A stretch of DNA of 64,000 bases from Tubulanus polymorphus (Eukaryota > Animalia > Nemertea), in the NCBI RefSeq assembly GCF_964204645.1, contig NC_134030.1, positions 1,595,355 through 1,659,354 on the forward strand. Reading direction: 5' to 3'. Positions 26,980 through 38,648 of the stretch are shown here, piece after piece. Made by a program: the position numbers and the translations under genes. The stretch's first letter is position 1. Every line of letters starts with the position of its first letter. The notes beneath the pieces were generated by a model, which was not told where the DNA came from, did no database searches, and was given only the letters and a program-made list of their open reading frames with translations.

Positions 26980-27265
26980 AACTAATTCTTTATATGGTGC
27001 ATGTAGGGGTCCAGGGACACCACATCCACTAATTCTCTATATGGTGCATGTAGGGGTCCAGGGACACCACATCCACTAATTCTCTATATGGTGCATGTAG
27101 GGGTCCAGGAACACCACATCCACTAATTCTCTATATGGTGCATGTAGGGGTCCAGGGACACCACATCCACTAATTCTCTATATGGTGCATGTAGGGGTCC
27201 AGGGACACCACATCCACTAATTCTCTATATGGTGCATGTAGGGGTCCAGGGACACCACAACCACT
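26980..27265 (-). repeat. 47-bp minisatellite, ~6 copies
   Basis: Same unit as 22683-22910 and inverse of 44707-45190. Confidence 0.95.
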
Positions 27266-27457
27266 TAGTTGTTGGGCCCAGGCGCTTTCACCCTTCTTGC
27301 TGAAAATCAACTGATATCCTGAATTCTGACTAATTACAGATTGAAAACTGTAATTCACAAGTGCATAATCAATGATTTCAATCCAAATAAGATTTTCTTA
27401 GCTACAGTTTAAATCATCTTAGTTTAATGAAATATGAAAACAAATAAAGATTCTTAC

Positions 27458-27687
27458 CTCCGTCAGATCTCCTTCAAACACCCGCCCACGGACTCTTTCT
27501 GACCATCTTTTGGCACCCGGGGGCGGCTGTCTGACAGGCCGCTGCTGAGGCGAATTTATTGGGCGTGGGGGAGGGGCAGCAGCGGGCGACAAAGGATTAA
27601 GCGGTGGTGGTATCCTATCGGGAACCAAGTTTCTTTTAAACTCCCTCACCAAGTCCCCAAATGGGCAGTCGTCTAAAATGTTGATCA
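27458..27687 (-). CDS. Intact exon 8 paralogue, 230 nt
   Basis: Same length and splice sites as 56676-56905; INILDDCPFGDLVREFKRNLVPDRIPPP...RVRGRVFEGDLTE. Confidence 0.75.
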
Positions 27688-28411
27688 CTGTAAAATAAAA
27701 ATAGAGAGAAATACATTAAACAACAAGTCGAATGGTTTTGATGCTACGGCTATGAATATTATTCCAACAGGGGGCGCCTGATGTTACTGAAGTATGATTT
27801 CAATGTAACTTCAGTAATTGAAATTATTTTTATTCAGCAGTTAAATTGTACAATTATTCGTTATCTATGATTTCCTGATGAGATTTACTGTTTGAGCATC
27901 CAGAGATTCCAAACTTTGTCGTTTAACCAATAATTGGTTTAACGATATCACACGGCACCTGCTGAACTCTTTGTTACGTGTATCAGTCTTATATATGTAT
28001 TTATTACTTATATTTGTGTAAGGATTGTGTGACGTGACAGTGAATAATTAGCATAATTAATGCAAACTGGATTTCGTCTACGGACGGATGAAAAGTGAAC
28101 GCAATAACTATAGTCCCAAGTGAGATAAAAAAAATTAATAAGTTTGAACTTGAAATAGATATCGCTGTCGTGCTGGATTGGTGAAAAAACCTGTAAAAAT
28201 AAAATAAAACAAATTATTAGATGGATATTCATGAATGGAAATGACAACTGTAGAGATAGCATCATTGATATATTACTTCTACGATGATGATACTTAATCG
28301 AATTTGAATTTATTCCTAATTAGCGTAATTTATGCAAAACAGCTACTACCCTCTATTTTCAAATTACAAATTGAAATAAGCGTGATTTATTAGAAAAAAG
28401 TTATCACTTAC

Positions 28412-28860
28412 CGGCGTAGTAGGCGGTAAACTGGTGGCAGTGGCGGTAAACCGCTGGACGGCGTTGTCGGCAAAAACTGAAAATACAATCGAAGACAATG
28501 TTAAAATCCTGATCTGATTTGTATAGTGTAAGTGAATGGTTTTGGGGTTCGGACCGTCTGCCCACACGAGAACACCCGACCCTCGCGCTACTGCTGCATT
28601 TGACTGCTCGGTGCGTCTGAGGAGCCTTGATGGACACTTACCGGCGTAGTAGGCGATAAACCGGTGTCGAAACCCCGCTGGGCGGCGTTGTCGGCAAAAA
28701 CTGAAAATACAATCAAAGACAATGTTAAAAACCTGATCTGATTTGTATAGTGTAAGTAAATGGTTTTGGGGTTCGGACCGTCTGCCCACACGAGAACACC
28801 CTACCCTCGCGCTACTGCTGCATTTGACTGCTCGGTGCATCTGAGGAGCCTTGATGGACA
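28412..28860 (-). repeat. Tandem duplication (~225 bp) carrying two exon-3-like cassettes (28412-28476, 28642-28700)
   Basis: attttcag|tttttgccgacaacgcc...ccg|gtaagt; lengths of 65 and 59 nt are not frame-preserving. Confidence 0.75.
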
Positions 28861-29378
28861 GAACACACCATTGATGGAATAATGGTTAATCAGTCTAACC
28901 TCGTTAAAACTCTGTAAATGTGAGTTAAACTCATTGAAATTCCCTTTTGTTTACCATGAGGTAACATTTCAGATGGAGCCACTTTGACTGTAATAAACGG
29001 TTGTAGTTCTACTGTTCACTGCTTCACGTTTTCTATTGCAATATGTCACTATTGAACAAGAAACAAGAAATCAATCGAAGTTTGTCCGAACTGGTTTTTC
29101 AGTTTTTCTCCACTCGTCTATAACGGGCTATCAATCAATATGGTCGAATGTGCAGAATGTTCCAGCTGATAAAAACTGGGTTCCAAAATAATCAGCCCTT
29201 TGCATGTGATGATGCGAACGATCTGCCTGGGTGCACCCTGGTATAGATTTGACGATGCAGTAATGTATGACGGACATTACCTGTCAGTAGCAGAAGCAGG
29301 GTTTAATATTCTATATATATAAATTTCGGTTTCAAGCTCAAGAATGATGACTTCAAACAGGTGTTTACGATAACTTAC

Positions 29379-29507
29379 GTCAATTCCGGACATAGAAATA
29401 TCAAACCGCCGTTGATGTTGCTGTTGTTGTTGTTGTTGTGTTCTATTAGCGTAAGGGCTTGACGTTGAGGGGCCCGCGCCCGGGGTTTTTCTGATAGCTT
29501 TTGGCAT
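29379..29507 (-). CDS. Fused exon 1+2 paralogue, 43 aa
   Basis: MPKAIRKTPGAGPSTSSPYANRTQQQQQQQHQRRFDISMSGID followed by gtaagt, open frame. Confidence 0.7.
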
Positions 29508-29839
29508 AATTCGTAATGTGGATGGGCTTGCGTCCCATGTTTTTTGTTTGCTTTTAGCATACTTGAATGGTTAATGCTTAACATCTCTCCCAGATTGTAT
29601 TGGCTTGAAACCTTCCTTATTGGTATCTAGAAAAATATGTATAACTATTTAATCATTTGAAAATACATTTTATGATTAGTCAGTCATACAGTTCAGTACT
29701 TTCTTACACTTATTCTTAAGCATAGTATGAATAAATTAGCATGAAAAGAGTAAATTTGTAGTTACCAGCATACGGGCTGGGAGTAGAGGGGCCGGCGCCC
29801 CACATTTTTTCATGGCTTTCGGCATTGTTTTCTTTGTTT

Positions 29840-30045
29840 GTGGCAGCAACTATGGGTCGGTCTGTCTTGAGTTTGTTGGTTGTTGCAGCAGCTGGGTCAG
29901 TCTTGAGTTTGTTGGTTGTTGCAGCAGCTGGGTCAGTCTTGAGTTTGTTGGTTGTTTCAGCAGCAGCAGCTATGGGTCAGTCTTGAGTTTGTTGGTTGTT
30001 TCAGCAGCAGCAGCTATGGGTCAGTCTTGAGTTTGTTGGTTGTCT
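29840..30045. repeat. 33-40 bp minisatellite, ~5 copies
   Basis: gggtcagtcttgagtttgttggttgtt..cagcagct. Confidence 0.9.
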
Positions 30046-30505
30046 TGATTTTTTTCTTCAGGAATTCAAGAACAAAGTAGTTGCATGTAGGTAGACACAT
30101 TCATGAATCACTCAGTGTCTTCCTGTCCCACCATAACTTCCTTGATCCTCATTACTCGGATTTATTCTCTGAACCACTTTTCCATGTTTGTTGTGGTTTG
30201 TTTGTTTTGATTTGCTGGTGGTTTAAGCATGCATGTAGAGGGAGCTCTATCAATCCAGGAACAGTCAGCTCACAAGCAGCCCCTGCCCCAAAAGGTTTTG
30301 ACATATTTTCAAAAGCTCTAGTTGTTCTGTAGAACCGAGAGCGGAGCTCTGACTTGTTCCCCTTACTGCTGAGGTCTACTTTCTCTGATTCGCTGATTGG
30401 CTTCTCTTTGGTACATTTTAGATGATCAAAAACTAGAAACTGTCATGCGTTTATTCATTTTGGTATATGTTAAAATTCTTTTACAGTAAAGGCATATTAG
30501 GCACA

Positions 30506-30853
30506 TCAAAACAAACCCGGAATTGTCCCCGAACGAAGTGGCTCCCTCCACTCTCCATCAGTATGCCGGGCCACCACCTCTACCTCTCGGGCCACTCGAT
30601 CCCTCGCCAGCTTTTTAGCGAGTGAACGAGTGACCGCCCGAGATAAGGATGGAGGAGCAGGACCCGCACCTGCCCCAGCCCCATCACCATCCCTCCTCGG
30701 CCTCTTCCTATTAATTCTTACCCCTTCCTCCTGATTGCCTTGATCAGCTGCACCATCCGCAGGGGCAACTCTTGCCTCCCCTCCCTGAGGAGCCACGACG
30801 ACCGCAACTTTTCTTTTCCTTTTAGTTCTTGTTTTTTTTGGCGGTGGTCGTGT
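30506..30853 (-). CDS. Exon 9 paralogue (TRPPPKKTRTKRKRKVAVVVAPQGG...RSGTIPGLF*)
   Basis: ctctttacag acceptor; 348 nt open frame; homologous to 58034-58426. Confidence 0.7.
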   Translation of the reverse strand, partial: TRPPPKKTRTKRKRKVAVVVAPQGGEARVAPADGAADQGNQEEGVRINRKRPRRDGDGAGAGAGPAPPSLSRAVTRSLAKKLARDRVAREVEVVARHTDGEWREPLRSGTIPGLF

Positions 30854-31181
30854 CTGTAAAGAGAAAAAATGAACAATAAGTATTTAGTATAATACACCTA
30901 TGTGCGTATAATACACCTATGTGAGTCCTTCGCTATTAAACACATAGAACTGTGGAACTGGATCCCGAGGCTAATCTAAATGCGCGCAATTGAGTCCAAG
31001 TGCAACTAAAGCACACAACTGCGGATCAGATAAATCATTGGTAGATTCACTTGTAAAATATCTCGCTAAGAACAAACTAAAAACTGTAGAATGTTGTTGA
31101 AACTGTTGTGTGTTATTCATTTGGGTATATGTTATATTTGAATTTTTTTCAGTGAAGGCATATTAGGTGCACATAAACGTC

Positions 31182-31554
31182 TCATGCGTTCAAGGCATAT
31201 CCCTTCACTGAAAGAATATTCTTTAGATCAGTTAACAAATCCGGAATTGGCCCCGAACGAAGTGGCTCCCTCCACTCTCCATCAGTATGCCGGGCCACCA
31301 CCTCTACCTCTCGGGCCACTCGATCACTCGCCAGCTTTTTGACGAGTGACCGCCCGAGATACGGATGGAGGAGCAGGAGGAGCAGGACCCGCACCATCCC
31401 CAGCCCCACCACCATCCCTCCTCGGCCGCTTCCTATTTATCCCCTCCCCTTCCTCCCGATTACCTTCGTCAGCCGCACCATCCGCCGGGACCACTCTTGC
31501 TCCTCCTCCCTGCGGAGCCACGACAACCGCAACTGGTACTTTTCGGTTTCTCAT
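31182..31554 (-). pseudogene. Exon 9 paralogue with a frameshift
   Basis: Homology splits between ORFs 31324-31554 and 31182-31415 at a small deletion near SRAVTR. Confidence 0.75.
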
Positions 31555-32489
31555 GGTTTCCCACCATCTTTCAAAAGAGAACTATCGATATATCATTAGC
31601 TACAAGGAAACTTTTCAGAAACTTTTTCAGGTCATTCTTTCTTGTATTATTAGCATTTGATTCTCTATATATCGTCAGAACATGGACTCAGAGTGTTTCT
31701 TTAATGGTTAAGAATGTCTCTTTAACCAACATCCCCCTAGCCTGCTTCCTACATATCCCTTCCCTTTCCTCCTGATTACCTTTGATCCCCACTGCCTAGC
31801 AGCTAACAGCTGCTGCTATTTTATCTGGTTTACATGTTTTGCAGATAGTGTCTGTTATGCTATAGTTGTTCTTTTAATCGTTTAACTTCTTCATCTGAAA
31901 TTTCATTATTCTAATTTCAGTTTCACGCAGGAAATGGTTCATGAAAATCTGCATTGAGACTGGGACGAAATGTGCATTGAGACGGATGAAATCTGCATGA
32001 ACAGAGATATACTTTAAGATCCCCATTTTATCCATCGGAGTGAATGTACATCCACTACTCACAGGTAGCAAACCTACAAACGCTTAACACTCATCCCTGG
32101 GCCCTGATTCAAAATAAAAAAAAAAAAGATTAAATTAAGAATTAACATTTTTATGAATCAGTGATCAGTTTCATAAAATAATTCCTAAATTAATTTTAGG
32201 GGTTTATTATTTCAGATTGAAATGAATTCTTCATGTTTATGCAATTCTCATTATCTTTCATTGCAGCATTTATATATTCAATTTTAATCATACATGTGAA
32301 ATATATAATGTATTTTCAGGGAAACGTAAACAAGAAAGGAAGGGAAGAAAGAGAAAGGAAGGGAAGAAAGAGAAGGGAAGAAAGAGAAGGGAAGAAAGAG
32401 TTGGATGATTAATGCGCACTTATTCTCCATTCCGAATTCCTGTATTCGACTCTAGGTGATCATCATACGAACGAGATATAGAAAAAAAA

Positions 32490-33525
32490 CATTACTGAAG
32501 TCATCTCTATTTTTTAGTCTCAATTTGTATTTCTAATTCAATTTACTAAGTGTGTAAGTCATCATTTGGATAAGTCGTCACATTACTGAAGTCATCTCTA
32601 TTTTTTAGTCTCAATTTGTATTACTAATTCAATTTACTAAGTGTGTAAGTCATCATTTGGATAAGTCGTCACATTACTGAAGTCATCTCTATTTTTTAGT
32701 CTCAATTTGTATTTCTAATTCAATTTACCAAGTGTAAGTCATAATTTGGATAAGTCGTCGCATTACTGAAGTCATCTCTATTTTTTAGTCTCAATTTGTA
32801 TTTCTAATTCAATTTACTAAGTGTGTAAGTCATCATTTGGATAAGTCGTCACATTACTGAAGTCATCTCTATTTTTTAGTCTCAATTTGTATTTCTAATT
32901 CAATTTACTAAGTGTAAGTCATAATTTGGATAAATCGTCACATTACTGAAGTCATCTCTATTTTTTAGTCTCAATTTGTATTTCTAATTCAATTTACTAA
33001 GGGTGTAAGTCATCATTTGGATAAATCGTCACATTACTGAAGTCATCTCTATTTTTTAGTCTCAATTTGTATTTCTAATTCAATTTACTAAGGGTGTAAG
33101 TCATCATTTGGATAAATCGTCACATTACTGAAGTCATCTCTATTTTTTAGTCTCAATTTGTATTTCTAATTCAATTTACCAAGTGTAAGTCATAATTTGG
33201 ATAAATCGTCACATTACTGAAGTCATCTCTATTTTTTAGTCTCAATTTGTATTTCTAATTCAATTCACTAAGTGTGTAAGTCATCATTTGGATAAGTCGT
33301 CACATTACTGAAGTCATCTCTATTTTTTAGTCTCAATTTGTATTTCTAATTCAATTTACTAAGTGTAAGTCATAATTTGGATAAATCGTCACATTACTGA
33401 AGTCATCTCTATTTTTTAGTCTCAATTAGTATTTCTAATTCAATTCACTAAGTGTGTAAGTCATCATTTGGATAAGTCGTCACATTATTGAAGTCATCTC
33501 TATTTTGAAGTCTCAATTAGTATTC
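32490..33525 (+). repeat. 89/91-bp satellite, ~11.5 copies
   Basis: cattactgaagtcatctctattttttagtctcaatttg...; periods mostly alternate 91 and 89. Confidence 0.97.
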
Positions 33526-36500
33526 AGTTTACTTCAGATAACGTAATTTGGTTTAATCACAAGTCGTCAACATTATAATCAATGTAACTACAGTGACTAC
33601 ATTATTGTCCTTTTATTGAGAAATTTATGTTAATTTTTGATTTCTGGGAAAAATCAAAATTCAAATGTTATCATTTTTTGTATCAAAAATTGTAAAAAAT
33701 TGAATAATTTGTGTGCTATTGAAACATTCAGTTATGGGGAGTTTTAAGCTCAGAAAACTTTGAGCCTGTTTATACAAGTGTTGTAACAAGTGTTGAACAA
33801 TTCAAAGATCATGTTTTTTATACTTTGTCATGTTAGAAAAAATGTTTTCTAGTATATTGATGTTTCTAAAAAAACATATGATTCAACTTTAAAAGGCCAA
33901 CAAGCCTTCTAATAAAACTAGTTTGTCATATATATATATATTACTTGGTCATTGTCAAGTTTTTTAAAAAATATTTTGGTTTTCTCAGCTTTCTCTGGTG
34001 GAAATTTCTTCGTGGAATTCCTCTTCTATACAAGTTCCTCCTCAGACTGTTTTTATGCGAGAGTTTATAACAACCGGATCCTCAGAAAATGGTCGGAGTG
34101 CCAAGTCTTCGATTTAAGATCACCAGTCTTATCTGAGACCATAAGTTCACTAGCAAGTTTCACTAGCGATTCCAACAGCTATAGGATGGAACAGTATTAT
34201 TATATAGGTCACCACTGTGCAATTGAGCCCAGATCATCAGAAAAAGATAAAAGTGAAGATATGTGATGGGATTCATTGAAAATTTTGCATATATAATTAA
34301 TTCATTGAACTACTTAATTTGTATGATTTATTTTTTGGGAATTTTCGAATTTGTCATCAATAACTAGTATATATTTCTTTTCAAGTTGTGAGCGATCTAG
34401 TTCTCTGTCGACCCATTGAAAATGAATCGACTCTGAACTGTAGAACTGGACCCAGGGAGCTGAATCTCGCGTGCCACAGCAAGATACAGAGCTCTTCAAT
34501 GTCTTAACCGTCAGGTGCTGCCCCTAAACAAATCAATTGCGGTAAATCTGTGAACTAACTTATAGCTCGCTTGCCAGAGTAGAATCATAGCGAGCTGTCT
34601 AAAATCTTGAACCGTCTAGTGCTGCCCCTTAATCGATATGTATCGGAAAAGTGAATTTATTACTCGCATGCCACAGTAGTTGAGTAGTTGGAACATCATG
34701 ATAGACTCGTTTTTCTGTGCAGCTATAACGGGAACTATTTCAGATCTGATAATGAATATAAACTCAGTCACAGTTCGATAACAAACGCCGCTGGGTGAAA
34801 TTGATGTAAACAAATAATCGTGTTGAAATTGAATTTAGTTTAAGATATATTTTCGTGGTAGTTTTTATTTTCAAGCTGTTTACGTTCACTTCAAATGATG
34901 AAACGATGAAACCATATTAAATACATCCCTGTTTTAGTGGGGATTTTGAGTTTTGGTCCTTTCCGTATCTTCTAGAAACATCAAGTAGAAAGGCATTAAC
35001 TGAACCCTATGTCTTTAACTTCAGGAGTCTATATGGAGTTTTCGGATGCCTCTTTTCCTCACTTCTTGCATTCGTCACTATTAGAAATCCGGACAAACTG
35101 AATTCAGTTCGACGAGGCCGAAGAACAGAAGACCAAAGAGTGATCTGCACTAGCCGCAGGGTTCGTGTTGGCTTGGATCGGTGGGAGGCAATCAAACCCC
35201 GACACGTGAAGATGTATCCTCAAAAATGGATACCGGAACGCTTCTCTGGTTTACGATGATTAGTCTGCAGGGATAACTCTTTGGCGGGGCGTGATCGCGT
35301 GAATAGCCCAAACTAAACCTTCAGAGTTCACTGTACTACAGCATACAACATCTGATAACTTGCATAATAAAGCGCGGCGTGCATGAAAAGAATTGTATAA
35401 ATGCGGGCAAGATTCCGTGCCCTGGCAATCGAACGCCGGAGTGGAGGTATTCCATACACTGGTAGGTGAGTCGGAGTAGACTGGTTGCTTGTCCCATAGA
35501 GACCGGTAACCAGTCTAGCCACCTCACGATCAGTCTACATTGAAAAACCATTACTGAAATATGGTTGACGGAAATATTCATTTTATATCAGATTCTGAAA
35601 TATTTTCTCGTATTGACTACAAAATTTTTATTATCTTAATAAGATAAATCTGCCAAAGCTCAACAATTTGAATTAGTGAAAACCGATGTGCGAAGTCGTC
35701 AATTCAGAAGCCCGATAGAGCCCGGTAACCAGTCTAACTGTCAATGTTCATTGCGCGGGAATGAACGGGCAACCAGTCTACGATGAAAAATCATTTCTGA
35801 AAAATTATGAACGGAGATATTCATTTTACTTTGAATTTTGAATTATCTTATAAAACTGACAGCCATATTAACCAAAGTATTAATAGTAAATCTGATAAAA
35901 TCTAATACCGGTTTTAGAATAGGTGAAAACTGATTTATGTGAAGCCGTCGGTTCAGAAGACTGATCCGTAGAATCGTTCGCCACTTTCTTCCGGTCCACT
36001 TACTTCCGCGTTTGTGATTTGCATACAAGTAGTTTGAATGTTAAATGTATTAAGCCGCGTGTTGATTGGTTGAGGTCAGTGCGGTTTACTGAACGATGAC
36101 CAGCTGTCAGCTGATCGAATCATTCGTTTCACAGACATTACGACGTAAGTATATTTTACATCTTTGATCAAAAATTGTAGTGTAAAAAAACTCCAAACTA
36201 AGGCCTCTATAAATGATCGATTGACTTTAAATGATTACTTTAGCACAGCTCTTGTAGACAATGATTAGGTGTCATAGTAGTTTAGCTCGAAAGTGCACAT
36301 ATAAGGTTAATTTTCATCCCTTATTTAGAGACCGAGGTATTGAGCGTCCATTTCAGCCCTTAAAACATCATCAACCTACCTCAAACTGACTGTTTTTAAA
36401 TCCAGCAATAGTTAACTATTGACTCATCATGGATTCGATTCAAAAACAATTTTTGATGATCGTAGTGAGTCGAAACGTTTGAATTTTTGAAAAACACGAA

Positions 36501-36767
36501 TGCTAAACCACGGATCCGGACTTCGATTGCGGCCCAATGGCAGAGTTGATTTTCTTATTTGGAATTTGAAGATATAAATCACTGAAATCAATTGGTTTTC
36601 TCAACCAAAATTAAAATTAAGAATGATTTAGGATGGAGATGTTTGATTTTCATTTTGTCTAAAATGCCGACTTAAAAAATTAATTCAATTGAATCAAATT
36701 AATGAATTCATCATTTCACGATATTATAGATAATCAAAATGTGAATATGAAATCACCTTTTCAATCG

Positions 36768-38305
36768 CTGTTTTTGGGTAAGATCGCAGTTTTTAGGTAA
36801 GATCGCAGTTTTTAGGTTAGATCGCTGTTTTGAGGTTAGATCACCGTTTTTGGTTAGATTGCTGTTTTGTGTTAGATCACTTTTTGTGTTAGATCACAGT
36901 TTTTGTGTTAGATCGCTGTTTTTGGGTTAGATCGCTGTTTTGTGTTAGATCGCTGTTTTAGGTTAGATCGCAGTTTTTAGGTTACATTGCAGTATTTTGG
37001 TTAGACCGCAGTTTTTTGTTAGATCGCAGTTTTTAAGTTAGATCGCTGTTTTGGGTTAGATCACAGTTTTTAAGTTAGATCGCTGTTTTGGGTTAGATCA
37101 CAGTTTTTGTGTTAGATCGCTGTTTTAGGTTAGATCGCAGTTTTTAAGGTAGATCGCAGTTTTTGGGTTAGATCGCTGTTTTAGGTTAGATCGCAGTTTT
37201 TAAGTTAGATCGCTGTTTTGGGTTAGATCACAGTTTTTGTGTTAGATCGCTGTTTTAGGTTAGATCGCAGTTTTTAAGTTAGATCGCTGTTTTGGGTTAG
37301 ATCACAGTTTTTGTGTTAGATCGCTGTTTTAGGTTAGATCGCAGTTTTTAAGTTAGATCGCAGTTTTTGTGTTAGATCGCTGTTTTAGGTTAGATCGCTG
37401 TTTTTAAGTTAGATCGCTGTTTTGGGTTAGATCACAGTTTTTGTGTTAGATCGCTGTTTTTAGGTTAGATCGCAGTTTTTGTGTTAGATCACTGGTTTTT
37501 TGTTAGATTGCAGTTTTTAGGTTAGATCGCTGTTTTGTGTTAGATCGCCGTTTTTAGGTTAGATTGCCGTTTTTAGGTTAGATTGCTGTTTTTAGGTTAG
37601 ATCGCTGTTTTGTGTTAGATCGCTGTTTTTAGGTTATATCGCAGTTTTTGTGTTAGATCACTGTTTTTGTGTTAGATCACTGTTTTTGTGTTAGATCACA
37701 GTTTTTGTGTTAGATCCCTGTTTTTAGGTTAGATTGCTGTTTTTAGGTTAGATCGCTGTTTTGTGTTAGATCGCTGTTTTTAGGTTATATCGCAGTTTTT
37801 GTGTTAGATCACTGTTTTTGTGTTAGATCACAGTTTTTGTGTTAGATAGCAGTTTTTAGGTTAGATCGCAGTTTTTGAGTTAAATCGCCTTTTTGGGTTA
37901 GATCGCTGTTTTTAGGTTAGATCACAGTTTTTGTGTTAGATCACAGCTTTTAGGTTAGATAGCAGTTTTTAGGTTAGATTGCTGTTTTTAGGTTATATCG
38001 CAGTTTTTGTGTTAGATCACTGTTTTTGTGTTAGATAGCAGTTTTTAGGTTAGATCGCTGTTTTTGAGTTAAATCGCCTTTTTGGGTTAGATCACAGTTT
38101 TTGTGTTAGATCACAGCTTTTAGGTTAGATGGCTGTTTTTAGGTTAGATCCCTTTTTTCTCTTAGATCGCAGTATTTAGGTTAGATCGCTTTTTTTTGGA
38201 TTAGATCGCTGTTTTTGGGTTAGATCGCAGTTATTGTGTTAGATCGCAGTTTTTTGTTAGATCGCTGTTTTTGGGTTAGACCGCAGTGTTTAGGTTAGAT
38301 TGCAG
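36768..38305 (+). repeat. 21-22 bp satellite, left part
   Basis: gttagatcgc(a/t)gttttt(a/g/t)g, roughly 70 copies. Confidence 0.97.
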
Positions 38306-38445
38306 TATTTCCATCGAGTACTGTACCCTTTCCTATGGTTTTTGCCAATATTTTCTAAATTTGGATTTATCGCCAATGGTTTTTCTATACGACCCGGCCC
38401 TGCGGTATTGCATTTAGCCACCGGCGAAATCCGCCATCTTTTTTC
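38306..38445 (+). repeat. DIRS left ITR
   Basis: ~38324-38445 is the exact reverse complement of 44258-44379. Confidence 0.95.
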
Positions 38446-38648
38446 TTGGCGTTCTCGCAGTAGAACGCGTTGGATTTTTTCGCCGTAAAAATCTGGGAAT
38501 TAGGATATTAGGGAGTTTTCACTCTCGTAACGGTGAGTCCGTTCGGTTTGGGGGTTATCCCTGATTTCTTTTTTTCCGTAAGAATTTTATTTACAAATAT
38601 AATTTGATTGAATTGAATTGAATTGTTTTGATTTGTAACAGGATAATT

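Noticed and set aside
31339-31775. + strand Pro/Ala-rich ORFs (and minus-strand ORFs at 58015-58281)
   Set aside because: Antisense shadows of the exon 9 paralogues
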